Of a stretch of DNA of 64,000 nucleotides, positions 36,738 to 49,017 are shown piece after piece; the first letter of the stretch is position 1; each line of letters begins with the position of its first letter. The translations under genes were made by a program, and so were the position numbers. Source of the stretch: Ginglymostoma cirratum. Its lineage: Eukaryota. The stretch is from the NCBI GenBank assembly GCA_024137785.1, contig JAHRHZ010000042.1:2327719-2391718 (forward strand), read 5' to 3'. The notes under the pieces are model-generated. The model saw only the letters and a list, made by a program, of their open reading frames with translations. It had not been told where the DNA came from and did not search any database.

Positions 36738-37335
36738 TTATGGAAGGAGTGCAACAAAGGTCTGGCAAACGGATTCCTCTGATGAAGAGGGATGAAGAGA
36801 AGCTAGATTACTTAGGGCTACATTGACTGGAGTTTAGAAGAATGAGGGGGCTCTCATAGAAACATATAAAATTCTAACAAAACAAGACAGGGTTGACACA
36901 GGAAGGACTTTCCCAATATCTGGGGAGTCCAGAACCAGGGGTCACAGTATAAGGATACCGGGCAGGCCACTGAGGACTGAGATAAAGAGAATTAGATGAT
37001 AGTATAAGGTAGGGGTGGAGGTTAGGTAGACCTTAGGTTTAGGGTAAAAGTTCGGCACAACATCGTCAGCTGTACTGTGCTGTACTGTCCTATGTTCTCT
37101 GTTCTATTTCCTCATCCAGAGTGTGGTGAGCCTGTGGAATTCCCTGCCACAGAAAGCAGTTGAGGCCAAAACGGTGAATGTTTTCAGGAAGGAGTTAGTT
37201 ACAGTTCTCAGGGCTAAAGGGACCATAGGGTATGGGGAGAAAATGGAAATAGAAGATTGAGTTGGATGATCAGCCACAATCATGTTAAATGGTGGAAGAG
37301 GCTTGAAGAGCTGAAAGACTTACTCCTGTTCCTGT
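36738..37335 (+). mobile_element. CR1 3' fragment with a second short CR1-type 3' end inserted at ~36995-37108
   Basis: The CR1 C-terminal coding and UTR pattern is broken by a segment ending tatgttctctgttctatt. Confidence 0.7.
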
Positions 37336-38705
37336 TTTCTCTTTTTCCTCTGTTTATTGCCTGTGCACAAGAACAGGCAAATGTTATCCCTCTCTTAGCA
37401 ATGTCTGGTTCTTCTGGCAAGATTATTCATGTAAGGAAATTTCCCGGATGCCTCATGGGGAGGAGAGGGCTGAGGTTCAGACACCAAGCTGGACTGAAAG
37501 GGAGGAGGCTGTAGAAAGTGCAGGCAGATGTAGTAAGGAAGGGGAGTCGACGGAAGCAACTCAATGGCCATTGAAGGGAAAAAAACATATCTCATTCCAC
37601 TTTTATCTCCAAAAGAAGGCTAAGAGATGACCTGAGGGAGTTCTTTGCTCCTAATGGATTCGATACAGTCGATGTAAAATGGACATTTCCACTTCTGGAA
37701 GAGACCAAGAGTTGGTGGCAGTGAAAATAATTCAGCCACGAATGAAGCAACAAGAAATCCAGTAGAAAGGCCCTAAGGCAGAATATGGTTATAATAGGGA
37801 ATGTGCTAACATGTGGAGTAGTTTAAGCAAACAGCACAAACATATTTCAAGGGAAGCTATGTGTATGAGGAAGAAAGGAATATTAGGATTTGTTGATATG
37901 TTGAGATGGAGTAAGGTGGGAGGAGACAACTGAGGAACAACAGCTCCAGAATGGACAGATTGAGGTAAATGTCATGTTTCTTGTCATTATTTCTATGGAA
38001 AAGATTGGATTATTTGCATATATCTCACACCAGGAAATATTGGCAGTGATGGCTCTCAGTAAAGCAAAACAAGTTTGACCGTCAATCAGGTAATGTTTTA
38101 ATTCTTTCACAGCCACAGATCAAATGAGTTCTTTCATAGAGAGCCATAGCAACCTTGAAAAGGAAATTCAGTTTTGTCCTTTCTAATTCACATTATGTGA
38201 GGTTTAAAAGAAAATTAGTAGCCCTCCAACACAATCACATCACTGCATTGATGAATTTCTAGGAATGTGGTCACACAAACTTACAGATCTTCACAGTGGG
38301 ACAAAACAGATTCTCAAGTCAAAAGAACTGGAGGTGTCAATTAAATCAAGCAAAGGAAAGTGGACAAAAACTGAAAATGAAAACAGAAGTACCAAGGATG
38401 TCGGAAATCTGAAATAAAGAAAGAAAATGCTGCAAATAGTCAGTTGCTTCACTGGCATCTGTTGGAAGAGAAATTGAATTAATGTCTTGGGCTGATAGCC
38501 TTTCATCATAATTGCCATAGATCTGACACATGAACCGGGTTTCCTTCTTTGCACATGCCACCTAACTTGTTGAGTGCTGCCCCCAAGTTTTGCCTTTAAT
38601 CGCAGAATAAGATCCCCCTGCTCACTGATCAGAATGATGTGAGGACTTCCCAAAAGGTGTTTGATACAATACCGGACGACATACTTGGGAGGAAGGTGCA
38701 GACTC

Positions 38706-39940
38706 ATGGAGTAACAGGGACAGTAGCAACATGGATACAAACTTGGCTGAGTGATAAGACCAGAGTATTGATTAACAGCTGAGGCTGGAGGAAAGTTTGG
38801 AGTGGAGTTCCATTAGGATCAGTATTGGGACACATACTTTTCCTGATAAGTATTAATGATCCAGATTGTGGCGTTCTAGACCCAGTTTCAAAATTTGCAG
38901 ATGGTACAAAAGTTGAAACCATTGTAAACTGTGAAATGACTGTGTAAAAATTTAAATGGACATTTACATGTTAGTGGAGTGGCCAGACAGGTGCAAATAA
39001 AAATCAATCTGGAAAAGTGTAAGGTGATGCATTTTGGAAAACAATGCATGGGCAGATAGTATAAAGACCTACTGTGAAGGATGTACAAGAACAAAGAGAC
39101 CTGTGTGTACATGTACAAGCTATTAAAGGTGGCAGGACAATTGGAGAGAATAGTTAATTAAAACATGCAGTATCTTAGGTTTTATTATTATTAGGGGCCC
39201 AGAGTACAAGCGCAAGAACGTCATGCTGAGCATTTATAAGACATGAGTTAGACCACAGCTAGAGTATTATGGACAGTTCTGGATGCCATGTTTCAGGAAG
39301 GACTTGAACGCATTGGAGAGAGTACAGAAGAGGTTTATGAGAATGGTTTCAGAGGTATGAAACTTTAGTTATGAAGATAGGTTGGAAAAGTCGCAATTGT
39401 ATTCCATGTAGAGGAGAAAGCTACAAGAGGTTTTTATAGAAGTTGTCAAAATAATGTGGAAGCATGACAGAGAAACTGTCCCCATTGGAAAAAGAATCCA
39501 CTGCATCACAGGAAGGAATGTTTCCCCATAGTGGAGGGATCAGTAACCGGGGGCAGAGATTTAGGGTAGGCTACAGGAGGTTTAGAAGTGATGTGTGGAA
39601 TTTTTTTTCACCAACACGGTGATGGGAATCTGAACTCAGGGTCTGTAAAGGTGAAACAGAAACATAGAAGATAGGAGCAGGTGAAGGCCATTTCACTCCC
39701 TGAGCCTGTTCTGTCATTGGGTAGGATCGTGGCTGATCATTGAGCTCAATACCTTAATCCCACCCTTCCTCTAGTCGAGGCAGAGACCCTCATAACATTT
39801 AAGAAGTGTTTAGATGTGCACTTGTGATGCCAAGGCAAACAAGGCTATAGGCCAGCTACTGGAAAATGGGATTGGAATAGCTATGTGCTTGTACTTGACT
39901 GGCACAGACTCGATGGGCCGTACTGTAGTTCCCTATGACT
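38706..39940 (+). mobile_element. Decayed CR1 RT/3' fragments
   Basis: GVPLGSVLG, SKFADGTK and ERVQKRF-type motifs on the + strand. Confidence 0.8.
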
Positions 39941-40349
39941 TTATGATTATGATGAGCTCCAAGACAAGTAGATCCTTCCTGAGGTATAAAGACGAGATCT
40001 GTAAGCAATTGTTCAGGTGTAGCGTCACCTGTGCGCTGTTAGAATTCCTTGTAATTCAATCCACTTACAATGAAGCTGAACAGGTTATTTGACTTCCTAA
40101 TTTCTTACTGTACCTGCATTCTAAATTGGTGTTTCTTGTACAAAGACACACAACTTTCTCTGAACAAGAAACTTTGAAAGCTTATCATTATTAAAAAGTT
40201 CCGATTTGCTATTCTCCCTAGCTTTGTATCATCAGGAAACTCGGATCAGTTGATTTTGTTCCCTTCATCGTTAAGGAATTCGCATGGGTTATAAATACAG
40301 TAACAATCACCTTGGTGTCATCCTGGTCTCACCCAACAATAAATGTGTA

Positions 40350-40657
40350 GGGTGGCAAGGTGGCTCAGTGGTTAGCACTGCAGCCTCACAGCGCCAGGGA
40401 CCCAGGTTCAATTCCAGCCTCAGGTGACTGTCTGTGTGGAGTTTGCATGTTCTCCCCGTGTCTGCGTGGGTTTCCTCCGGGTGCTCCGGTTTCCTCCCAC
40501 AGTCCAAAGATGTGCAGGCTAGGTGGATTGGCCGTGCTAAATTGCACATGGTGTGTGGGTTATAAGGGGATGGGTCTGGGTGGGATGCTCTAAGGGTCAG
40601 TGTGGACTTGTTGGGCCGAAGGGCCTGTTTCCACACTGTATTCTAATTCAATTCAAG
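40350..40657 (+). mobile_element. Full-length HE1-type tRNA-derived V-SINE
   Basis: A box TGGCTCAGTGG, B box GGTTCAATTCC, V-domain, CR1-like 3' tail. Confidence 0.88.
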
Positions 40658-41900
40658 TTAAATGTATTGTAAACTTGAAAATGTGCTATTTATTCCACCT
40701 TTCTGATTTGTGTCCATTTTTCTCTGTTTGGTCATATATTCCTGCTAATCATATTAACCTTTGTGATTAACATTTCATATAGCTCCTTACTAAGCCTTTG
40801 GAAATCCAAATACACTACATTCACTACTTCCCCTTTAAAATACCCATTAGTTTAATCCTCAAAATACACTCATAAACTTGTCAAATGCACTTTTCCTTTC
40901 TAAAACCATGTTGACTCTGACTTATCATATCATGATATTTAAGTGCCTTTTTAAGCTTGTTGATATTGGGTTCCAGTATTTTTGCATAACTATCGTCAAG
41001 TTAACTGGCCTACGTCTCTCCCTGTTCTTTGTCCCTCATTTCTTGAACACCAAGTGTTACATTTGCTGTCTTGTAATCCATTGGGAACACTCAAGAATCT
41101 GGGAAATTTTCATTAATCATGGACATTTATCCATTGTCTCTCCAACCATCTCTTTTGGACCCTAAGTTGTGGGACTATGCGTTTTATCAGCTCATAATTT
41201 CTACTTCCTCCAGTATTTATTTCGCAACTGATATTAATTACTTTAATTTTCTTATTATTAGTTTGTTGGTTCCCCATTATTTTGGCATACTTTTTTTCCT
41301 TCTTTTACAGTAAAAACAAATTCAAATTTTGTCAGATATCACTGTCTTTTCCTTATTCACTATTATAATTTCTCTTGCCTCAGTCTCCAAGGATGTTTAC
41401 TTTTGATGCTCTCTTCTGTCTTGCAAAATTGTCAAAGCTCTTACCATCCACTTTTATATTTCTTTCTGGTATTCTGTCAATCATTTCCTTTGCATTGCTG
41501 TATTTTTATTGTCCTTTGCTGACATCTAAAACAGTCCCAATTCTCTACTACTAATGTTCACAATGTTTTAAGCCTCATGTCTCATACCATGTAAGGTAGG
41601 TCAGGCATTTAAGACAAAGCCAGATAAATACATGAGAAAGAAAAGAATAGAAGGTTATGCTGATAAGGTAAAGTGAGGAATGAGAATATTTGCTTGTATG
41701 GAGTGTAAGTATCAATGTTGACTCATTGGGTTGAATAGCTTGTTTATGTGCGATCATTTGATATAATACCTTGTGATTTGTTGTAATAAATGCTTCACAA
41801 ACTTAACTGTAGATGGTTGACGATGTCTGTAATTGGTCCTTTCTGTGGAGCAGGTCAGCTCATGACTTTTCTTTTCAATCTCCCATTTCTTGCAATTTAG

Positions 41901-42019
41901 ATAATCATTTACGACAAGCCAAACTTCACTGGTTTTCAGAGAGAAATTATTTGTGATGTGCCTGATTGCTTGTCATGGGAATTTCCTGCTGTCATTTCAG
42001 TAAGAGTTATTCGAGGATG
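41901..42019 (+). CDS. CRYBG2: CRYBG2 exon, Greek key 1 (IIIYDKPNFTG...ISVRVIRG)
   Basis: atttAG acceptor, TG|GTAAGT donor, phase 0/2. YxxxxFxG crystallin signature. Not in the ORF track. Confidence 0.95.
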
Positions 42020-42695
42020 GTAAGTCAATGCAAACACTCCACAATTGGCCATTGCCATAGGACATTTTTAGAGAGTGTGTTAACTAATTAGCTCCTGGTT
42101 CTAAAGATTTTTCTCCCCTTGCCTCTCTTCTGATTTGTTATTAACATTTAAGGAGGTTAAATTAGGGCATGTAACACTCATTTTTCTCGTACCACACGGA
42201 CTTCTAAGCCCCCAGAATAACGGGCAGAATCATTGGCTTTTCTGATCTGAAAGCTCACTGCTTGCCATTTTGAAAAAGGGTCAGTGAGGTGTTATTGATT
42301 CCCTTCATTACCACTGCAGAAAATGCACAGATTGATGGGCAAGGATGGATGGAGCTGGGATATCACCTCTACCTTCCAGTCAGGAGGTTTAATTCACCAT
42401 TCGTGCTCTTAAACTTTTAATCAATGTTTTTGGGATATTAAGGAAAAGGTTGAATTAAAAGAAAGTATTTCCACAAGTTGAGAAATCTGAGAGGAATTTA
42501 TTCCAAAGTCATCTTTCTCAGCCCTTGTTTTCTGCAAGCCTGTAGAGAAAAGCTGTCAGTTGGGTATATTATCCTGGTCAGTGCGGTGATGATATGTGAG
42601 CTGCTGAATGTTTTAGCTCCTTTTATGTTTTAAGTATTAACCCCGGCAGATGTGTATGAGAGGCAGAGCCACTGTAGTGGAGTAGTTGCAATGAA

Positions 42696-43445
42696 GTGCA
42701 TTTTGAAAAGGCAAAACAGGGCAGGACTTATACAGTTAATAGTAGGGTCCTGGGGAGTGTTGCCGAACAAAGAGCCCTAGGGGTGCAGGCTCGTAGTTCC
42801 TTGAAAGTGGAGTCACAGGTAGACAGGGTTGAGAAAAAGGCATCTGGCACGCTTGCCTTCATTGGTCAGAACATTGAGTATAGGAGTTAGAACATCATGT
42901 TGTGACTGTACAGGAAATTAGTGAGACCACTTTAGAATACTGTGTACAGTTCTATTGGGAGGCTGTCGTTGAACCTGAGAGGTGCAGACAAGATTGACAA
43001 GGATTTTGCCAGGATTGGAGGGTTTGAGCTATAGAATAGGCTGGGTTTTTTTTTCTGGAACATCGGAGGCTGAGGGGCAACCTTTATAGAGGTTTATAAA
43101 ATTGTGAGGGCCATGGACAGGGTAAATAGCCAAGGTTTTTTTTTCCCAAGGTGGGAGAGTCCAAAACTAGAAGGCATAGGTTTAAAGTGAGAGAGGAAAG
43201 TTTTAAAAGGGGTAACTTTTTCACAAGGAGGGTGGTGTGTGTATGGAAGGAGCTGCCAGGGGAAGTGATGGAGGCTGGTACAATTGCAACATTAAAAAGG
43301 TACCGGATGGGTATATGAATAGGAAGGATTTAGAGGCATGTGGGCCTAATTTTGGCAAATAGGACTAGGTCAGATTGGGATGTCTGGTCAGTGCAGACAA
43401 GTTGGACCGAAGGGTCTGTTTCCATGCTCTGTGACTGTATGACTC
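42696..43445 (+). mobile_element. CR1 (HER1-like) 3' fragment
   Basis: HF...QGRTYTVN..VLGSVAEQRALGVQ..SSLKVESQVDRV.KKA.G.LAFI motif and 3' tail. Confidence 0.9.
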
Positions 43446-45460
43446 GAAGTGACAAACATTACCTTTGTATGAGGAATCTGGCGTAGGTGGCTGGCACATA
43501 TTCCTGTGTGGCAGTCCCCTACAGCCATAACCTCACAATGTTAACTCACACCCATAGGATCATGGAGCGTTGAGTGGACTGTGGTATATACCCAGGCACA
43601 GCACACTGGATCATTCATCCTCCTGCGGTACTGTAGCCAGGTTCTCTTGAGTGACTCCCAGTTGCTGACCTCTGGAGACTCCTCCAATCCAGGCCACTTG
43701 ATCAGCAGGGTGGCCTCTTCTGACCTACCATCGAGTAAAGAGCTTCCCTTCTCTCCTGGACAGCCTACTAGAGAACCTCGAGGGGGATATCATTAAAGGA
43801 TGGTAATAGTTTTTGTCTGATCTTTGACATCTTCTAGCTGGCTGGAGGTGATGAGCAGAAGTTGCTCACGAAGTTGCGGAGAGTGAGGTCCTGATGGATG
43901 CTCTTTAAACATAATGCTGGAAGTCAGAGCCTAGATGGTCCAGGGGGAGGGGATGGGGTGGTACAGAACTTCCTGCCCATTTTCTCTTAAAATTTGGCCT
44001 TCTACTTCTGCAGGTACAGGGTACTTTCTATAAACCAGCACCTAGAGACCAGCTGTCCGCTGGTTGATCAGATATTCTGGATAATCAAGAGGTTCGCATA
44101 ACTGCAGTAAACCCTGAGCCAGCGGAGCTTTGATACATCGACATCCCTCAAAAAATCTATGTAAAACCACCAAGCCACCTAGAGTCAATCTAAAATCACA
44201 CAGTAAAAATAGAAACGTAATTCAGGGGGTCTGCACATCACTGTTAGCTTAAATACTCAGGCATCGTGGTAGATCGCGGTATCTGTGATGTATAATCGTT
44301 GCCTGTTTATCAAGAGTGCCGGTTAATGAGGTGCAGGTTAAAATAAAGTTTTGCCGAGAGCACAATGCGAGGAAACCCGACCTGCCCCCACCACTAAGTG
44401 GATGTACCGCCCATCTTTAAGCTTGCCTCCATGTTGAGTCTCAAAAAAAGCCAAAGTTCCACCCTAGGAATCACTAATACAGACTACCGCTGGGAGAAAT
44501 TCGGAACTCTATACCACAAACAATAATTGATGCTTGATTAATTGTCCGTTCTAAAACTGAGATTTATATTTGTTAGCTGAAAGTATTAAGGCAGAACTGA
44601 GAGGGGGCGGGAACAAGAACTGATTGAATTATAGGTTCAAGTAGCTAAAGGCCTGCACTATTTTCTGATGCCCAGAAACAACACAGGCAGTACTTTCTAG
44701 AGCAAAAATAGGGAAACCGGTGAAGGACTGGACCATAACAAAATTCCAAAAGTTCAGCAAATATCTACTGGTAGGAGGAATTAATTCCATGATCCATCGG
44801 TCCACCATAGGACAAGAAATGTAAGCCAGTCTTTTGATGAGTAAATGATGAGATTTATGACATTATGTTTCCTTTTATACTTGGATGAACTCTCCATGAT
44901 CTTTGCCGAAACTTTGAATTATGGAAACATGATCGTTTTACTTGTAATTTGGGTTAATATACCATGCTGCATTATCCTGGAGATTCCAGGAGCTAAGGAT
45001 GATCCTCCAGCATAATACAGCCAGTAAAAGTGGAGCAAAGTCAGAAGGACTGATTTCTAACAAAAAATACATCATTTTCTTAAAATGCTTTCACTTATTA
45101 ATTTATAAATTTGGTGAATGAAAAAGCAGTTTGACCCACAGTGATGGATTATCCAATTAGACACTCGGGGAAAATCACATCACTGCCAGGACGGATAGTT
45201 GAGGTGACCAATGGTGGAAGTGGGGTGGGGCAGTTAGAGACAGGAGGTTATTGTCTGAAAATGCATCCAACCGGAGTTGGCAACCCTAATTGTACATGAC
45301 TTGGTCCACACCTATCTCACACTCTGTTTAAATTAATGCTGGATAGATTGAGTGATAAAAGAAGTGATTTCAATTATCATGATCCCATCATGGAGAGTTC
45401 ATCTGAGTGTAAAAGGAAACCTCTAAAAAAGCCTCTTAATCTTGTCCTGATCTGCTTCAG

Positions 45461-45635
45461 CTGGGTGTTCTATGAGAAGCCAAATTATAAAGGGAAGAAG
45501 TTCATACTTGAAGAGCAGGATGTAAGGTTGACGGATCCCTGGAGAGAGGAAGTTGAAGAAGAGACTGAAGATCCGGACTCCAAGCCACCTCCTACCAAAT
45601 TCATCGTCATTGGTTCCCTCAAAAGAGTAGTCAGG
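45461..45635 (+). CDS. CRYBG2: CRYBG2 exon, Greek key 2 (CWVFYEKPNYKGKKFILEE...IGSLKRVVR) with acidic insert
   Basis: cttcAG acceptor, AGG|GTAAG donor, phase 2/0. Confidence 0.95.
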
Positions 45636-47770
45636 GTAAGCAAAGCATGGAAAATGATTACCTTTGTGCATTTATTTACTTAACTATCAGGAAATGGGTG
45701 TCACTGGTTTTACATTCTTCCAGTTGAAAATTTAACAATTTCACACCAAGATTGGTGAAACAGTAATGTGGGTCGTTTATTTGAAGAAAAGATTATTTGC
45801 AGATCATTTTTGCTGGGAGTTAAGTATGGTATATCTGATCTCTTCATTGCTGTGTCGGACGCCAACAAGTCATGGGATTAATGTATCATGCCCTGTTGGA
45901 GTGGATGGTGGTTGTCAGTAATTTAAAATGCACCCTGTTATGCACATGATCCAACAATTAACAAAGCCTCAATTCATGGTAGGGAGACACTGACTTGACT
46001 TACTGCAGTATGTTTAATTTGCACTATTTTGATGCAACTGAACAGCCTGCTAGGCCACTTCAGTTTTCACTCAACTACATCAGTGTGGGGCTGATGGGGT
46101 GTATAATGGCAGGTTATCATCCCTAAAGTGACATGCCTGAGTCAGTTAAGGTATTTCCAACAAGGCAATGGCTTTGTGTTAAATTTCGTACATAGAAGCA
46201 TTCCAGATACTTTAGACTGAAATCAAACTCTCAAGCGTCCCTGGTGTGGCTTGAACTTGCATTCTCCTGATTACCAGTGAACCAAGATATCAATTAAGAG
46301 ATCCCCAATGACAACGATTGTAAGTAGCTGAAACCCTGGAACAATTGTCTGCAGCAAACTGCATTTTTTTCAGAGTTTCAAGTTTGATTGTGGACTGGCC
46401 AATAAACCTTAACTTCATATTAACAGGGCTCCCTGTCTAAAGTGTCATGTGCATAATAGACCCTCCACTTTCCAGTCCAAGCAAAAATAAACAATACAAC
46501 AACAACATCAGTAGCTTTCATTTCTTTGCCCTCTTTAATGTAGTAAAAGATCCAGAGGTGCTTGACGGGTGCAATTATCAAACAAATTTTAACATTAGGA
46601 GACAGTAAGACAGGTGACCCAAAGTTTGGTCAAAGGCAAAGGTTTTAGGGACTGACTTCAATGAAAGAGGAGAGGTGAAGAGGGAGAGAATTCCTGAACT
46701 TCAGGCTTTGGCAGCATAGCATGGTGAAGCAATTAAAATTCAGGATGATTATGAGAACCGAATTAGAGGAAGACAAAGATCCCAGAGGGTTTTCTGCTGG
46801 AGATAAGTTGGCGAGGGTGGTGTGAAGGTGAGAGTGACAAGAGCAAGGTAAGTTAGGACTTAAAAAGGTGAAACACTGTTTCACACACACAGGCTCATGG
46901 CAAACCAGAACTCTCTCCCCAAAGGCTGCAGAAACTGAGCGCCAATTGAAATTTTCCAAGATCTTAACTGTTGGTCAAAGTATGTACATTAAGGCAAGTA
47001 AATGGAGATAAGACACAGATGGGGCATGATCTAATTGAATGGTAGAAAATGTTTAGAGGACTGAGTGGCTGATTTCTATTTGTATGAAGTTTGATGTATC
47101 CTGAATATTCCACACACCAGTGAAACTGATGAGGGAACCGGAAACGGTGGGGCTGAGACAGGCTGGTATGCTTGAAAGTGGGTCTGACCTATTATTATGA
47201 AATTGAGCAAAGACAATTATCCAGCACATTGACTCATAACTAATTCAATTCTCGTTTCATTTTGGTCCCCAAACTGTGATTTAAAAGTACTTGAGTAACT
47301 TCTTTTGGTTTCTCTGTCCCAATATCCACACTGCAAGTACAGGGCTCTACTGAAGAGCCATTCAAAAGTGTTTAAAAGCTGCCTGCTCTTTCACACTGGG
47401 ACATGAATTTGGGTATCTAAACATCAAATCCCCAAACTACAGGCGTGAGGTAACAACAAAGACAACTTGCATTTGTAGGCAAGTTTTAACATTTGTAAAA
47501 TGTTCCAAGGCAACTTACAGGAGTTTGGTACCTAATTGCGTAAAGCCCCAGATGATCACAGAGAAACTCTCTCATCTGAGAGTTACAGCTGGTGGTGGTT
47601 TAACTTGAAGTCACCACACCTCAGGTGGGGAGTGGGGGGATGGGTGCAAGGTTGAGAAGGTAGGATCTTCACAGTAATTGTGGCTGGTACAGGAATTGAA
47701 CCTGTGCTGTTAACAATGTTCTGCATTGCAAACCAGTCAGCAAGCTAATTGCTACCTGTGTAAACAGACT

Positions 47771-48295
47771 CTTTTATTTCAAAATATACTTTATTCCTAG
47801 AAAGATCTTTTATAGACATACATAGTCACTAAGGCAGATTGGTTCTGTACAGTAGCGTATATGAAGAAACAAACAAACATTTGAGTTTGACTTTATCCAT
47901 CAAACAAATCCGAGTCATTTGTTACTTGTACAAGCCTCTATTTTGGGCATCAGGGAGGGCGATCCGTTAACTGAATCAACACCCCTTTAATGTTGGCAGA
48001 AAGATCTTTAGATGGTAGTCTTTCCCCACTCTGCCTGGTGGCTCCTGCTGCAAGAGATATTTTTATTTCAAAAGTAGACTTTATTCATAAAAAATATCTT
48101 TGTGGATATACATAGTCACAAAAGCAGTTCGGTTCTGTAGAATAGCATATCAAGGAAACAAGCAAACATTGGAGTTTGACTCTATCCAAACAAACCAAAA
48201 ACATCCCTTACATATACAAGACTATATTTACGTGCATTTGAGGCACAAGGAGGCTGCAGTAACTGAACAGACCCCCATTTAGCTTCAGCAGGAAT
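47771..48295 (-). mobile_element. Two tandem Tx1/L1-type LINE 3' ends (47771-48055, 48060-48295)
   Basis: Both start TTTTATTTCAAAA.TA.ACTTTATTC and align over ~200 bp; minus-strand AATAAA near the end. Confidence 0.55.
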
Positions 48296-48877
48296 CCCCA
48301 CCAAAGAGGTAACCAGGACCTGTCACCAAAATCTTCACCAAATGTCCTGATTGTAAAGCATGTCCCATCAGGGGTGATCTCCATTGGCACTACTTCACAC
48401 CGAGGGCAGTGAAAATCTGCAATACTTCCCACCGTCAACAAAATGACATACCCAACCCACACCAAAAAGAAGATTGAAGAGGCTGAGTGTCCATTGAAAA
48501 TTCCAGAACAGAGATTGACAGATTTCTATTTAGTATGTTCTGAAACCAAGGCAGATGGATAGAATGCAGATACAGATTAGCATTGATTTACTGAACTGTC
48601 AATAAGCTTAAACAGCTGGATGACAGTCAGTGCCCAGAGAAAGGTCACCTCTCTCTGCTGGCCATTCGAATCTGAAGTGAAATGAGCCTGAATAACCTCT
48701 TCCTGTTTCTATGGCTCTGTAAACCAGTGAAAGTGGCATACACAGCTGCATGTAGTATTGAAACCAGAGTAAAGTCTACAAAGAGGTGATCCATTAACAG
48801 TGCTTCCATACTGATTGAGCTTCATTAATCAGAATAATCCCACAACCTGACTGTTTCTTTGTGCTGCTCTTTCTCAG

Positions 48878-49017
48878 GACTACACCATACCAGAAATATC
48901 TTTGTTCCCAGAGGCTGATGGTGAGGGGAAGAAGCTTACGTTTCACTGTGAATCCGAGGATATTCGGATATTTGGGTATCCCCCAAGAACCACCTCCATC
49001 ATTGTCAGTTCTGGACT
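48878..49017 (+). CDS. CRYBG2: CRYBG2 exon, Greek key 3 (DYTIPEISLFPEADGEGKK...SIIVSSG)
   Basis: ttctcAG acceptor, CT|GTGAGT donor, phase 0/2. DYTIPEISLF resembles CRYBG2 DYSTPEISLF. Confidence 0.93.

Noticed and set aside
37015-37045. TTAGG-like motifs suggesting interstitial telomere repeat
   Set aside because: Only a few imperfect units, lying inside a CR1-type 3' UTR fragment.
40350-40425. tRNA-like sequence with A/B boxes (also at 52752, 53251, 59405)
   Set aside because: These are SINE heads continuing into SINE bodies; no complete cloverleaf.
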